Positions 1-11,945 of a stretch of 64,000 nt of DNA are shown piece by piece. A program made the position numbers and the translations under genes. The notes beneath the pieces were generated by a model. It had not been told where the DNA came from. It was given only the letters and a program-made list of their open reading frames with translations, and ran no database searches. Position 1 is the first letter of the stretch, and the number at the start of each line of letters is the position of its first letter. This DNA comes from Octopus sinensis (lineage: Eukaryota), in assembly GCF_006345805.1 (NCBI RefSeq), contig NC_043019.1, positions 22,381,360 to 22,445,359 on the forward strand, written 5' to 3'.

Positions 1-480
1 TCTTTATCTTGGTGAAGGAAAAATAAAGTTTTTCGATATTTTCATTTCATTTTGAAAATATTCCGTCATGTAACACGTCTTCTTAGTCAGACGAATGCTT
101 CTGAAAGTTTTGAACATTTTTAAACACGAGCATTAATTTCAAATGAATAGATTTAACAATGAGAGAAAGAAATGTCCCACCACCACCTCGACTAGACGAG
201 CAACATTTTTAGTGCACAGAGAAAAATGGAAATTTCACAAAAGGCAACCAGCAACGAAAAGTATAACAAAGGCAGTAAATCTTTTGCCAATGTCGACTGC
301 CAAAAAGGTAATTCTGAATATAGGTCAGCTCTCAGTGAAAAATATATATGCCACTTGTACGTAACGAAACTTTCTGTATTCCTGCTTCGTAATTTTATCG
401 AAAATGACGTACTCAGTCGGCCCTGAAAGGAACAAATGTAAAATGTTCTGGCTCCTATTGCTATACCACTTCCCATTTGG

Positions 481-1128
481 GGATCTTTACCTTTTGACCT
501 ACAGATTTAAAAAATAATTTTTTTGTAACTAAACACTTTCAAACTTCGGACACTGGTAGAATGTGTCATATAAAACATGTTTTACTCTTAGCATTTTTGA
601 GAAAAACTTATATTTATGAAGATATTTCAACTTAAAGTTCTCGTATTTCGGTAAATTCAACCAATCAATGACGTGTATTCAGCTGAATAAAATTACTGCT
701 GTTGTTTGTCAACAAGAATTTCCGGCGGAGTATATTTCGTTTGTCACTGCTATTTATGACAACCCTAACCCTAAAACCCTAACCCTAATCCTAAAACCCT
801 AACCCTAACCCTAAAATCCTAAGCTTAAAACCTTAAATCCAGTACAAACGCACGAACGGCGTCATAATTAACAGTGACAAACGAAAAATACACCGCCGAT
901 AGTTGTTGTTGACAAACAACGGCATTAATTTTATTCAGCTGAATACACGTCATTGATTGGGTGACATTACCGAAATACGAGAACTTTAAGGTGAAATATC
1001 TTCATAATTATATAAGTTTTTCTCAAAAATGCTAAGAGTAAAACATGTTTTATATGACACATTCTACCAGTGTCCGAAGTTTGAAAGTGTTTAGTTACAA
1101 AAATTATTTTTTAAATCTGTAGGTCAAA
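481..1128. mobile_element. Foldback/MITE-like element with long inverted arms and telomere-like core
   Basis: Arms ~493-770 and ~865-1128 are reverse complements (tttgacctacagatttaaaaaataattt... / ...aaattattttttaaatctgtaggtcaaa). Centre ~771-835 is degenerate (TAACCC)n. A related decayed arm at ~12521-12760 begins ggatctttt/accttttga. Confidence 0.7.
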
Positions 1129-1579
1129 TATAAATTCTATTTTAATTTTTTATTCACCTGAAGAAAATGGCTTTTATTTTACATGATGCAATGGATTTGT
1201 TCATCAATGAAACACGTCTGAAACAGCTTTAGTGAACCTCAGTCCATTTGTGTTAGTATTTATACTACAACACGCTCGGAACCTTCCCTGCGTTGGATCT
1301 TGAGCCTACAGTGGACCGTGGATTGCATGCCAGAGTATACTCTTGCGTGCTTTTACGTATACGTTACGTTGTGTGCATTTCGTCTATGCTTGCGGATGCA
1401 TGCGTAACTGAGAGGACAAATCCGTATATAATCTAGTAAAAACGTAAATGCCCATACAAACCGTTGATACACAGGCATGCTGTCCTTGACTCTACCTTGG
1501 TATCTTTATACCTCGATTCTATTGGATCCTGCAAAAAATTATATATATATATAATCTTCCCTTCGGAGAAAAATACACA

Positions 1580-1580
1580 C

Positions 1581-1655
<75 letters not shown>

Positions 1656-1682
1656 ATCTATCTATCTATCTATCTATCTCTA

Positions 1683-1745
<63 letters not shown>
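1580..1745. repeat. (TATC)n-(TC)n-(TA)n compound microsatellite
   Basis: Direct reading. Confidence 0.9.
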
Positions 1746-2060
1746 AAAATTATTAGAGACAAAACCACTATTTTGCAAAACAAACAAGGAAGACTTAATC
1801 AATACATAAAATTTTAATAAATAGTCAAAAAAACCGCCACTACAATTGTTTCTTGTCTTGATCGACAATCTTCAGGTGGACTTCCAATAAGTCAGTTTCA
1901 AATTATGAAGTTACTTTACCTATATAATAAGTTTCATGATAAATAGCAATAATAGTTCCCTATTAGTGGCGGTTTTTTTGACTATATTAAAATTTTATGT
2001 ATTGATTAAGTCTTTCCTTGTTTGTTTTGCAAAATAGTGGTTTTGTCTCTAATAATATTT
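1745..2060. mobile_element. Inverted-repeat element with hammerhead (Penelope-like pLTR remnant)
   Basis: Arms ~1749-1842 and ~1964-2056 are near-identical reverse complements (two small indels), flanked by (TA)n tracts; the hammerhead lies at the inner edge of the left arm. A short piece of the same arm recurs at ~6862-6890. Confidence 0.6.
1837..1879 (-). ncRNA. Type I hammerhead ribozyme motif (palindromic stem III)
   Basis: Minus: ccac CTGAAGA ttgtc gatcaa gacaa GAA acaattgt A gtgg. Stem I 4 bp, intact core, stem II 5 bp (closing pair U-A rather than the usual R-Y), stem III 8-nt palindrome, GUA cleavage triplet. Confidence 0.8.
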
Positions 2061-2145
2061 TATAATATTTTACTATAAAATTGGATTTAATCCTAAATCT
2101 GATTTTTTCCCTGTAAATTTGGATTTATTCCCTAATATTTATTAT

Positions 2146-2203
<58 letters not shown>

Positions 2204-2325
2204 TATATATAATTATATATTATATATATATATAGGGAGAGTTTACGAAAAAAAACAAAAGACGAAGACAGGTGGTGTACAAAACAAACAGATGTATTAG
2301 TATAGCGCTCAGGAATAGAAAATGT

Positions 2326-2361
2326 CTTTTACGTTTCGAGCCTACGCTCTTCTACAGAAAG
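2326..2361 (-). ncRNA. Near-canonical minimal hammerhead motif with A6U substitution
   Basis: Minus: cttt CTGTAGA a gagc gtag gctc GAA acgt A aaag. Stems I and II and the ACGT palindrome are intact; one core substitution. Confidence 0.55.
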
Positions 2362-2550
2362 GGACACAGAAAGAAACAAGGAGAGAAAAAATGTGTGTGT
2401 AGTGGCTTATATGTATGTGTATATATATATAAATTTGAATTCGGGAATTTGGGATCTGAATTCAGAACGTAAAGAGTCGCCGATAAGTGTAACAGTGAAT
2501 ATCTACGATGCTTTAACAATTCTCCATATCATGTAACAATAACAACAAGA

Positions 2551-2953
2551 GCACTCAGGAGTGGCTGTGTGGTAAGTAGCTTGCTAACCAACCACATGGT
2601 TCCGGGTTCAGTCCCACTGCGTGGCATCTTGGACAAGTGTCTTCTGCTATAGCCCCGGGCCGACCAATGCCTTGTGAGTGGATTTGGTAGACGGAAACTG
2701 AAAGAGGCCTGTCGTATATATATGTATATATGTGTATGTGTGTGTGTTTGTGTGTGTGTGTTTGTCACCCTAGCATTGCTTGACAACCGATGCTGGTGTG
2801 TTTACGTCCCCGTTACTTAGCGGTTCGGCAAAAGAGACCGATAGAATAAGTACTGGGCTTACAGAGAATAAGTCCCGGGGTCGATTTGCTCGACTAAAGG
2901 CGGTGCTCCAGCATGGCCGCAGTCAAATGACTGAAACAAGTAAAAGAGAAAGA
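2551..2953 (+). mobile_element. tRNA-derived CORE-like SINE, family A
   Basis: A-box-like tggctgtgtggtaag, B-box-like ggttcagtcc, CORE-like cttggacaagtgtctt, internal (TA)(TG) tract, tail gaaacaagtaaaagag. Confidence 0.85.
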
Positions 2954-3239
2954 GGTTGACTCATGCCCGTCGCCGAGAGGGTGCACTGTCTGTCCCCTTA
3001 CTATTCAGTGGCGCACCCTCAGATTTATAGGGATACAGGTTTTTCGAAACCCCACTTGAGCATTATTTTAAATTAGTGCCAACCAACCCAGAATATACTG
3101 AAACCCCCCCAGGGTACCTAAGTCTGGCAACCGGACCTTACTTGACTACCTTGGATCACAGGTTTACTGGATCACGATTGACCTAGGGCTAAACAACATC
3201 AACATCATAGTTGTATCGCTCTCTTCGTTTCTAACAGTT

Positions 3240-3884
3240 CATTTTATCATTCCATATTTCTTTCTCTCTTTCCCTGTCTCTTACCTTACTCTCTCTCTTG
3301 CTCTTCCCCACTTAAATCTTTCCTTCTCTCTCTCTTACACCGCTTTCTTACTCCCACTAAACTCTCCTACTTTTTCCCCCTCTCAATCTTTCTCTCCCGC
3401 TACTGTACACTCTTATTTTTCCCCCTCCCACATATCTCTAACTCTTTCTCTATTCCTCTCACCCTCTTTCTACGACCTCTACGTCCTTTTTTTTTCTCCT
3501 TCAAACTATTTATCTTTCCCCTGCATTAATCTAATTTTTTAATCTTCAATTTTCGTCTTTTGATCATTTCTTTTTCTTCTTTCACTCTTTCCTCTCTTCG
3601 TGTCTATCTCCTCCCTCATTTAACCTTTATTTCTCTTCCCACAACTCCTCCTCCCCTTTGTCTTTCACCATTAACCATCGCCACTTCCCACTATTTCATT
3701 AACTCTTCTCTTCCTTCTACCCTTCCCTCAGTCAGTTTCGCCTACCTTTCTCTCTTGCTTTCGTCTTCTCTGCTTTCTTTCGTTCTTTCCATCTTCTCTC
3801 ATCATTTATTATGGCTGCCTCTTTTTAAAGTCATTCACTCTCTCATTCTCAAACTCTCTCTGTTTATGTCTATCTACCCACCAG

Positions 3885-3915
<31 letters not shown>

Positions 3916-4520
3916 GTCTATCTATCTCACGTTTAGTTTTTTTTCTAACACAAACACACACATACACACGTTTAAATACGCCGACACATACGCGCACGTT
4001 CGCAACTAACGAACAATCGAATCTTTTACTGTACAGCTATTCTTTTATTCTTCCTTTCTCCTCGTTTTCTATTCTATAATCGCCTCTCTTCTCTCCCTTT
4101 TTCTTTCTCTCTCTCATATTAACCTTTATATTTATTTACTTTCCTTACCCCCTCTCTCTATATCTCAATGCATCTACAAACAATCGAATCTTTTCCTCTG
4201 CAGATATTCTTTTATTCCGTTCTATTTTCGTTTTCTATTCTAAACCATTCTCTCGCTTTCTCTTTCTCTGTCTCTCCTCCTCTCACCACTCCCACTAATC
4301 TATTATTAACTTAGTCTCTCTCTCTCTCTATCTTTCTCTCTATATCTTTCTCTTTTACTTTTATCTCTATCTTTCCCTGTTTCTTTCTTTTTTTCTCACA
4401 CACACTCCCCCTTTCTTACATTGATATATTATATATCCCCCTCTTTCTTCTATCTATCTATCTATCTATCTCTATTTCTCATTTACTTTTCTCTCTGTCT
4501 CTCTTTCTTTTTATTTGTCT
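3240..4520. repeat. Pyrimidine-rich low-complexity tract with (CT)n/(TATC)n
   Basis: Direct reading; lies upstream of CHAC2 exon 1. Confidence 0.7.
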
Positions 4521-5128
4521 CACTTTTCGGCAATGTCCTTGTAAAAGACTTGGAAAAGTATATCATGTAATATACATATATATATATTATATATATATAT
4601 TTAACATTTTATTTACCATACCGGTGGGATACGGTTTCCTTTCGTTTCATTCAAACCATTTATTCGTTCGATCATTGGGCTTCGAATAGTCTTTATTTCA
4701 TTATTATTACTATTATTGTTATTATTTTGCTTACATTTTTACTGATTATAAACTTTTGGCTTTGGCTTCAGGCCAAAGCCGACCAGCAAAAAAGTATAGG
4801 AACCTAAACGACAACACCAACACCACGTTAAGCTTTTTTATTTTTATTTTATATAGTTTTTTTAGTTAGAAGAAGAAAAAAAAACTGAAGGAAAGAAAAA
4901 GAAAAAAAACAACAACAGACCGATTCTTCCACCCATCCTGTCTTTTCTCGTCCCACGACGAGTCATTAGGACTTTTTGGAAGTACAAAACAAAACGAAAC
5001 AAACAAACAAAAAGAAAAAAAGCCTAACTAAACTCCTTGTAATCATTTTAGAATTTAGAGGACCGTTTCTGGAGGAGCAACAACACCATTTCCAACAATT
5101 GGTTACTTGTCTACGTTCGCACACTGAT

Positions 5129-5263
5129 ATGTGGGTGTTTGGATACGGTTCCTTGATCTGGAAAGTTGATTTCCCTTACAAGAGCAAGCTGGTTGGCTAC
5201 ATCAAAGGATATGTCCGCAGATTTTGGCAAGGCAGTGAAGATCACCGCGGGGTTCCCGAAAAA
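5129..5263 (+). CDS. CHAC2: ChaC-family glutathione-specific gamma-glutamylcyclotransferase (CHAC2-like), coding exon 1
   Basis: ATG at 5129 gives [45 protein letters not shown] (45 aa), with the ChaC FGYGSL and RRFWQGS.DHRG motifs. It ends at a phase-0 donor AAA|GTACGT. Confidence 0.95.
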
Positions 5264-5596
5264 GTACGTCGACAACAAATAGTTTTTATAATTATAATTT
5301 TTTATCATTTTTCTTTCTCGCTTATATTTTATTATATCATATTATCTTATGCTATTTCTTATGTTCGTTGTCAGTGTGACTTAAGCATTACTAATATAGG
5401 TCTATACGTGTATATGATAGCATGTAAACATTGGGCTGAAAACCTTGGTATACATACATATATATATTACTAAGATGATCCGGTTCCCGACTGAAGATTA
5501 GAGGCTTCGAGTGACCCGTCTGTTTTTTTGTGTCGTCTCCTTGTGTGTTTTTGCGTTCTTGTCCCACTTTGTAATTTATATTTTATATTTAATTCT

Positions 5597-5663
<67 letters not shown>

Positions 5664-6431
5664 TATTATATATATACCTACATACATCTGTGTTTTGACT
5701 TGTGAATGCATTTCTCTCTCTTCACACACATACAGTGTGTGTGTGTGTGTGTGTTATACACTCGTGTGTGTGTGTGTTATATACACACATACACAAGTAA
5801 GCGCATAGGTACAAAACAAGGTGGGTAAAATAGTACTCGAATACCAAAGGCAGAGTAAAATACTATTTTATGAAAGCCGAAAATATTCACAAACAATTTG
5901 TGAATTTTTTTCGGCCTCAATAAAATAGTCTATATATATATATATAAATCCTAGTATTTCTTATATATATAAATCGTATTTTTTCTTATATATCTATAGA
6001 CACACACACACACACACACACATACGTTGACCGGTAAGATTGTATATAGTCACTGTTTATGTTTACATTTTGTTTATTCATACAGCGCAGATATTTAAAT
6101 ATCCAGCACACGTATAACATCGATCCAAAACACTATTAACGTGTGTGTGCGTGTGTATATGTGTATATATATATTGCATAATGTCTACAACGTAACAAAT
6201 ACGCTGTTGGGATAGAACAAAATGGACCGCGTTGATCATTCGGTGCAGCGATTCACATGTGTGAAACTCAGCATCGAGTGATTGTGTGTGCTTGTATTAC
6301 ACGTCCGTGTTTTGTATGTGTGTGGGCGTGCCTGTATGTGTACACACAGAGACAAAATGTGTACTAGTGCACACACACATGTATATCTATAAACACACAC
6401 ACACATATATCTATAAACACACGCACGAATA

Positions 6432-6843
6432 TCTCTTTTACTCTTTTACTTGTTTCAGTCATTTGACTGCGGCCATGCTGGAGCACTGCCTTTAATCGAG
6501 CAACTCGACCCCGGGACTTATTCTTTTGTAAGCCCAGTACTTATTTTATCGGTCTCTTTTTCCGAACCGCTAGGTAACGGGGACATAAACACACCAGCAT
6601 CGGTTGTCAAGCAATGCTAGGGGGACGAACACAGACACACAAACACACACACGCATATATATATATATATACATATGTACGACGGGCTTCTTTCAGTTTC
6701 CATCTACCAAATCCTCTCACAAGGATTTGGTCGGCCCGGGGCTATAACAGAAGACACTTGCCCAAGATGCCACGCAGTGGGACTGAACCCGGAACCATGT
6801 GGTTGGTTAGCAAGCTACTTACCACACAGCCACTCCTGCGCCT
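6432..6843 (-). mobile_element. SINE family A, full length
   Basis: Reverse complement of the family A consensus from tail (ctcttttacttgtttcagtc) to head (ccactcctgcgcct). Confidence 0.85.
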
Positions 6844-6888
6844 ATATATATATTTGCCTAATAGTGGTTTTGTCTCTAATTTTATATA

Positions 6889-6928
<40 letters not shown>

Positions 6929-6929
6929 G

Positions 6930-7543
6930 CAATAGTGGCTTACTTACTAAGTAGTTTGCTTACTAACCACTTGGTTCCGGGTACAGTCCCACTGCATGAC
7001 ACCTTGGGCAAGTGTCTTCTACTATAGACTCAGGCCGACCAAGCCTTGTGAGTGAATTTGGTAGGTGGAAACTGAAAGAAGCCCATCGTATATATACATA
7101 TAAGCATGTGAGTGTTTGTCCCCAGCCCAACATTGCTAGACAACCCAATGCTGCCCAACCATCTTGGGCAAGTGTCTTGTACTCCAGCCTTGAGCCAACC
7201 AAACCCTTGTGGGTGGATTTGGTCGATAGAAACTGAAAGAAGCCCCTTATATATATATGTGTGTATGTGTTTTTGTGTTTGTCCTCCACTACTGCTTGAC
7301 AACTGGTGTTGTTGTGTTTATGTCCCTATAACCTAGCAGTTTGGCAAAAGGGACTAACGAAATAAGTATCAGGTTTACAAAAATAATAAGTTCTGGGGTC
7401 AAAAATTCTTCATGGCCCCTATTTCAGTCCTTAGACTGTGGCCATGAAGAATTTTTGTGAAATGAATTGACCCCCAGAACCTATTTTTGTAAAGCCCGCC
7501 ATTTATTCTATCTGTCTCCTTTGCCAAACTGCTAAGTTGCAGT

Positions 7544-7574
<31 letters not shown>

Positions 7575-7715
7575 GGTGTGGCTGTGTGGTAAGGAGCTTG
7601 CTTCCCTACCACATGGTTCTAGGTTCAGTCCCACTGTATGGCACCTTGAGTGTCTTCAACTATAGCCTCAGGCTGACCAAGTGGATTTGGTAGGCGGAAA
7701 CTGAAAGAAGCCCAT
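6930..7715. mobile_element. Cluster of partial, older SINE family A copies
   Basis: Repeated diverged blocks ccttgggcaagtgtctt...gaaactgaaagaagccc, mostly on +. Confidence 0.7.
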
Positions 7716-7748
7716 TGTGTGTGTGTGTGTGTGTGTGTATGTGTCTGC

Positions 7749-7789
<41 letters not shown>

Positions 7790-8028
7790 CCAGAGTAAGC
7801 ACATAAATGTGAAACAAGGTGGAAAAAATAGTAGTCAAATACCGGAAGTAGAGTAATATGCTTTATTAATAAAAACTGTCCAATGGATGGGAATGTGAAA
7901 CACTGAGTTAAAGTTTTTGTGATATATTTGCAGCTTTATTAATAAAGTTTAAATATATATGTGTATACACACACACATACACACACACATACTCACACAC
8001 ACACATTATATATTCTTTAATTCTTTTA

Positions 8029-8392
8029 CTAGCACTATGACCCGGCGTTGCCGGGTCATAGTGCTAGTGCATGCATATACAGCTGCGTGCGTGCGCACAT
8101 ACACGCGAGTACTGTCCAAATCTCCGACCAATCACATACAGCTAGCTGGCATTCAATTGGCGTATCAAGTTTCGAGCATTTTGATTGGGTTTTGGATAGA
8201 AAATTCACAAAAAAGTCACTTCTATTGATTTTTTAATGGCTTTGCAGGGTGACTGGGGAAATATAAATATGTGCACGACCACCCTTGGATGGTTTTAAAT
8301 GACCATAGAAAGTGCGAGCCTTCTAACTGAAAAATTGTGAATTTGTATAAAGGACACACACACAGACATTTTGGCGTTTATATATATAGAGA
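8029..8392 (-). mobile_element. Non-autonomous Helitron
   Basis: Minus strand starts A|TCtctatatatataaa, has a (TG)n tract, and ends with GC hairpin cccggcaacgccggg + CTAG|T. Inserted at an A^T site without TSD, inside the ttctttta repeat tail of a SINE. Confidence 0.8.
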
Positions 8393-8777
8393 TTCTTTTA
8401 CTTGTCTCAGTCATTTGATGCAGCCATGCTGGAGCACTGCCTTTAGTCGAGCAAATTGATCCCAGGTCTTACTCTTTATAAACCTGTTCCTTATTCTATC
8501 TGTCGCTTTTGCCAAACCACTAAGTTACAGGGATGTAAACATACCAACATCATTCGTCAAGTGATAGTTGGGGGACAAAAACAGACACATGTATACACAC
8601 ACACACGCACACGTGATGGGCTTCTTTCAGTTTCCTACTACCAAATCCACTCACAAGGCTTTTGTTGGCCCGAGGCTATAGTAGAAGACACTTGCCCAAA
8701 GTGCCACACAGTGGGACTGAACCTGGAATCATGTGGTTGGAAAGCAAGCTTCTTACCATGCTGCCACACTTGCGCCT
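8393..8777 (-). mobile_element. SINE family A
   Basis: Family A tail to head on the minus strand; tail interrupted by the Helitron. Confidence 0.8.
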
Positions 8778-9611
8778 AAACCCGTCGTTATATACACGTG
8801 TATATATATGTGTGTGTGTGTGTGTGTGTATCTGTATGTGTCTGCGTGTTTGTGTCCCCCCTCCATCACCACTTGACAACTGGTGTCATGTAGGTCCTAG
8901 GATTGATTTTGTTTGACTAAAACCCTTCAAGGTAGTGCTTGGCTGGTGCTGATGCTATATAGCGTGGCACCTTGTAGCCTTGTGAGTGGATTTGGTAAAT
9001 GGAAACTGAGGCTATAACAGAAGACACTTGGCCAAGGTGCCATGCTGTGGGACTGAACCTGGAACCATGTGGTTGGGAGGCAAGTTTCTTACCGCACAGT
9101 CACACCCATATATTTTGTATTTTTTCACCATGTTTTTGCTTGGGTCTCACTTGGACCTGCAATACTAGTTATAGTTTCGAATCATTCTAAGAATTAGGTG
9201 TAGTCACGGTAGAGAGTGATGTGTGTCTCCGGCTGACAATTTTTAAAATGTGACATGAAATTAGTTGAACAATATTTGATTACCATATTGTGCAAATTTT
9301 TAGAGGCACCAGTCATTTTATATGGTTCAGTATAATTGATTAACTTCCCTCCCCATGTGTTCCAAAATTTATGGCCTTGTGCTTGTTTTAGAAACAGCTG
9401 TTAGGCAAAATACCTTGTGGTATTTGTTCCAGCTCTTCATATTCTAATTCCAAACCCTAAAAAGGTCAACTTTGTTTTGCATCCTTTGCAGGTTGATAAA
9501 GTAAAATACCAGTAAAATACTAGGGTTGATGGCATCTACTTGCCCTCTTCTCTCAAAACTACTGGAATTGTGCCTAAAGCATTAACCATCACCATCATCA
9601 TCATCATTTAC

Positions 9612-9985
9612 TCTCTCTCTTTTACTCTTTTACTTGTTTCAGTCATTTGTCTGCGGCCATGCTGGAGCACCGCCTTTAATCGAGCAACTCGACCCCGGGA
9701 CTTATTCTTTTGTAAGCCCAGTACTTACTCTATCAGTCTCTTTTGCTGAACCGCTAAGTAACGGGGACATAAACACACCAGCATCGGTTGTCAAGCAATG
9801 CTAGGGGGACAAACACAGACACACAAACACACACACGCATATATATACATATATATGACTGGCTTCTTTCAGTTTCCGTCTACCAAATCCACTCACAAGG
9901 CTTTGGTCGGCCTGAGGCTATAGTAGAAGACACTTGCCTAAGGGTTTCACGCAGTGGGACTGAATCCGGAACCATGTGGTTAGTA
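9612..9985 (-). mobile_element. SINE family A (head truncated)
   Basis: Matches the family A consensus from tail to the B-box region. Confidence 0.8.
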
Positions 9986-10479
9986 AATTATTATTATTAT
10001 GATTTTTTCTTCTTTTGTTTCCATTTCTTGCTGTGTGTCTTGCCGATTCTTGGGACAAAGAAACTTGATGATAGGCCATTAAACTAAACACACCACATTG
10101 TTCATTTTCAAAACGAAATCAAGTTATATGAAGAAAAAAAATTAAAACACATGAATGGAAATCATTCTCACATTGGCAATCCTCTTCTCATTACTTGTAA
10201 TACACCAGTTCAAATGCTGCTTAGATCAACTTTGTTTTTCATCCTTTTGGGGTCAATAAAATAAGTACCAGTTGAATACAGGAGGCAATGTAATTGACTT
10301 CCCCCCTTATCAAAATTGCTGGCCTTGTGCTAAAATTTGAAACTATTGTTGTTGTTGTTCATCTATGAACATGCATTGCACATTGTTCCCATAAGTTTGT
10401 TGTTATTTATGTTATACAAAATTATGTTATATATACTTGTAAATCCTAGTGTTTTTATTATTATTACCATTATTATTAT

Positions 10480-10490
10480 AAGTCCTGGTG

Positions 10491-10545
<55 letters not shown>

Positions 10546-10560
10546 TATTATTATTATTAA
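10480..10560. repeat. (ATT)n microsatellite
   Basis: Direct reading. Confidence 0.9.
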
Positions 10561-10769
10561 TATATGTTTGACTTTTGCTTTGTATTTGTACAATTGGACT
10601 CCAAGTCTCACCCAGAGACCTCAAAAAACAACAAGTTACAAGCTCATGTTGGTTTTTATGCTTATGGTGTCATACATTTGGTTTTGCACATAGTATTTAT
10701 TCTAGAGAATGTTTAAGAAAACATAAGAAAATTATAAGTTTGTTTTAAAATTTGAGATTACATAGACAG

Positions 10770-11230
10770 TATTTTATGTAGGATATGGGCAGTTCCCATG
10801 AGCACTATCTTTTGAATTTCTGCAATTTTGGGGTTTCCTGGTATCTGAGCTAGGTAGCAATCAGCCCTTTTTGCTATCATTCATAGGGCACTTATGACAA
10901 CAAGTATTGTTTTAGCCTTGAGGTTCCACATTTTGCTGATTTCTATTTCAAGGTCTTTATACTTGCTCAGTTTTTTGTAGGTCTTGACAGATACATTTAT
11001 GTCGATTGGGACAGTCATATCAATGAAGAGGTATGATTTTTTCTGAAGTCTTTCAATATAATGTCTGGCCTATTTGGATCTATCTTTCTGTCAATTTGAA
11101 TGGTGAAGTTCCAGAGGAGCAAGATGTGGTCATTTTCAATGTGAGCTATTAGGATAATTAACAGATTGGAAAAAATGAGCCTTCCACAGCTTTTCTCCAC
11201 AAATAAATGATTAGCAATTCTTTATGCAAC
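10770..11230 (-). mobile_element. 3' fragment of a restriction-like-endonuclease (R4/NeSL-type) LINE
   Basis: Reads ENDHILLLWNFTIQIDRKIDPNRPDIILKDF...IDMTVPID...KYKDLEIEISKMW across a frameshift (PD-(D/E)xK region); disrupted. Confidence 0.75.
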
Positions 11231-11349
11231 TGTCCTCATTCATCTGCATCACATGACCAAACCAGTGCTGTCTCCTCTCTTGCACACTGCACCCAATCTC
11301 TCTCTCAATACATCAGTGCTTAGTTGCACATCCAGCGGCGCACACCTTC

Positions 11350-11768
11350 TTATTTTTTTATTGCCCACAAGGGGCTAAACATAGAGGGGACATACAAGGA
11401 CAGACAAACGGATTAAGTCGATTATATTGACCCCAGTGCGTAACTGGTACTTTATTTATCGATCCTGAAAGGATGAAAGGCAAAGTCAACCTCGGTGGAG
11501 TTTGAACTCAGAACGTAGCGGCAGACAAAATACCTATTTCTTTACTACCCACAAGGGGCTAAACACAGAGAGGAAAAACAAGGACAGACAAACGGATTAA
11601 GTCGATTACATCGATCCCAGTGCGTAACTGGTACTTATTTAATCGACCCCCCGAAAGGATGAAAGGCAAAGTCGACCTTGGCGGAATTTGAACTCAGAAC
11701 GTAAAGACAGACGAAATACTGCTGAGCATTTCGCCTGGCGTGCTAACGTTTCTGCCAGCTCACCGCCT
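11350..11768 (-). mobile_element. tRNA-derived SINE family B, dimeric form
   Basis: Head ggcggtgagctggcagaa...gagttcaaattcc and central ggtcgactttgcctttcatcctttc..gggtcgat (resembles the Meta-domain, from memory). A full monomer is followed by a headless second monomer. Confidence 0.8.
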
Positions 11769-11892
11769 TCTTTGTTCCTCTCCATACCTTTTTTTTTGTT
11801 CCTCTCCAGCCTTCACATGTCCACTTTCAACACCCACATCTCGCTACTTTCCAGTATCACAATTCATACACATGCATCATAAATCTTCCCTT

Positions 11893-11945
<53 letters not shown>

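Noticed and set aside
771-835. Chromosome-end telomere
   Set aside because: Short, degenerate and enclosed by inverted arms in the middle of ordinary sequence; similar tiny TAACCC runs occur at ~29175 and ~31352.
4976-5128. N-terminal extension of CHAC2 from the ORF track, and read-through past 5263
   Set aside because: The ORF starts at a TTG in A-rich sequence; homology begins at ATG 5129 and ends at the GT donor at 5264.
7871-7918. Plus-strand hammerhead-like layout in intron 1
   Set aside because: The core reads CCAATGG (3 changes) and stems II and III are mismatched; used only as a degenerate relative.
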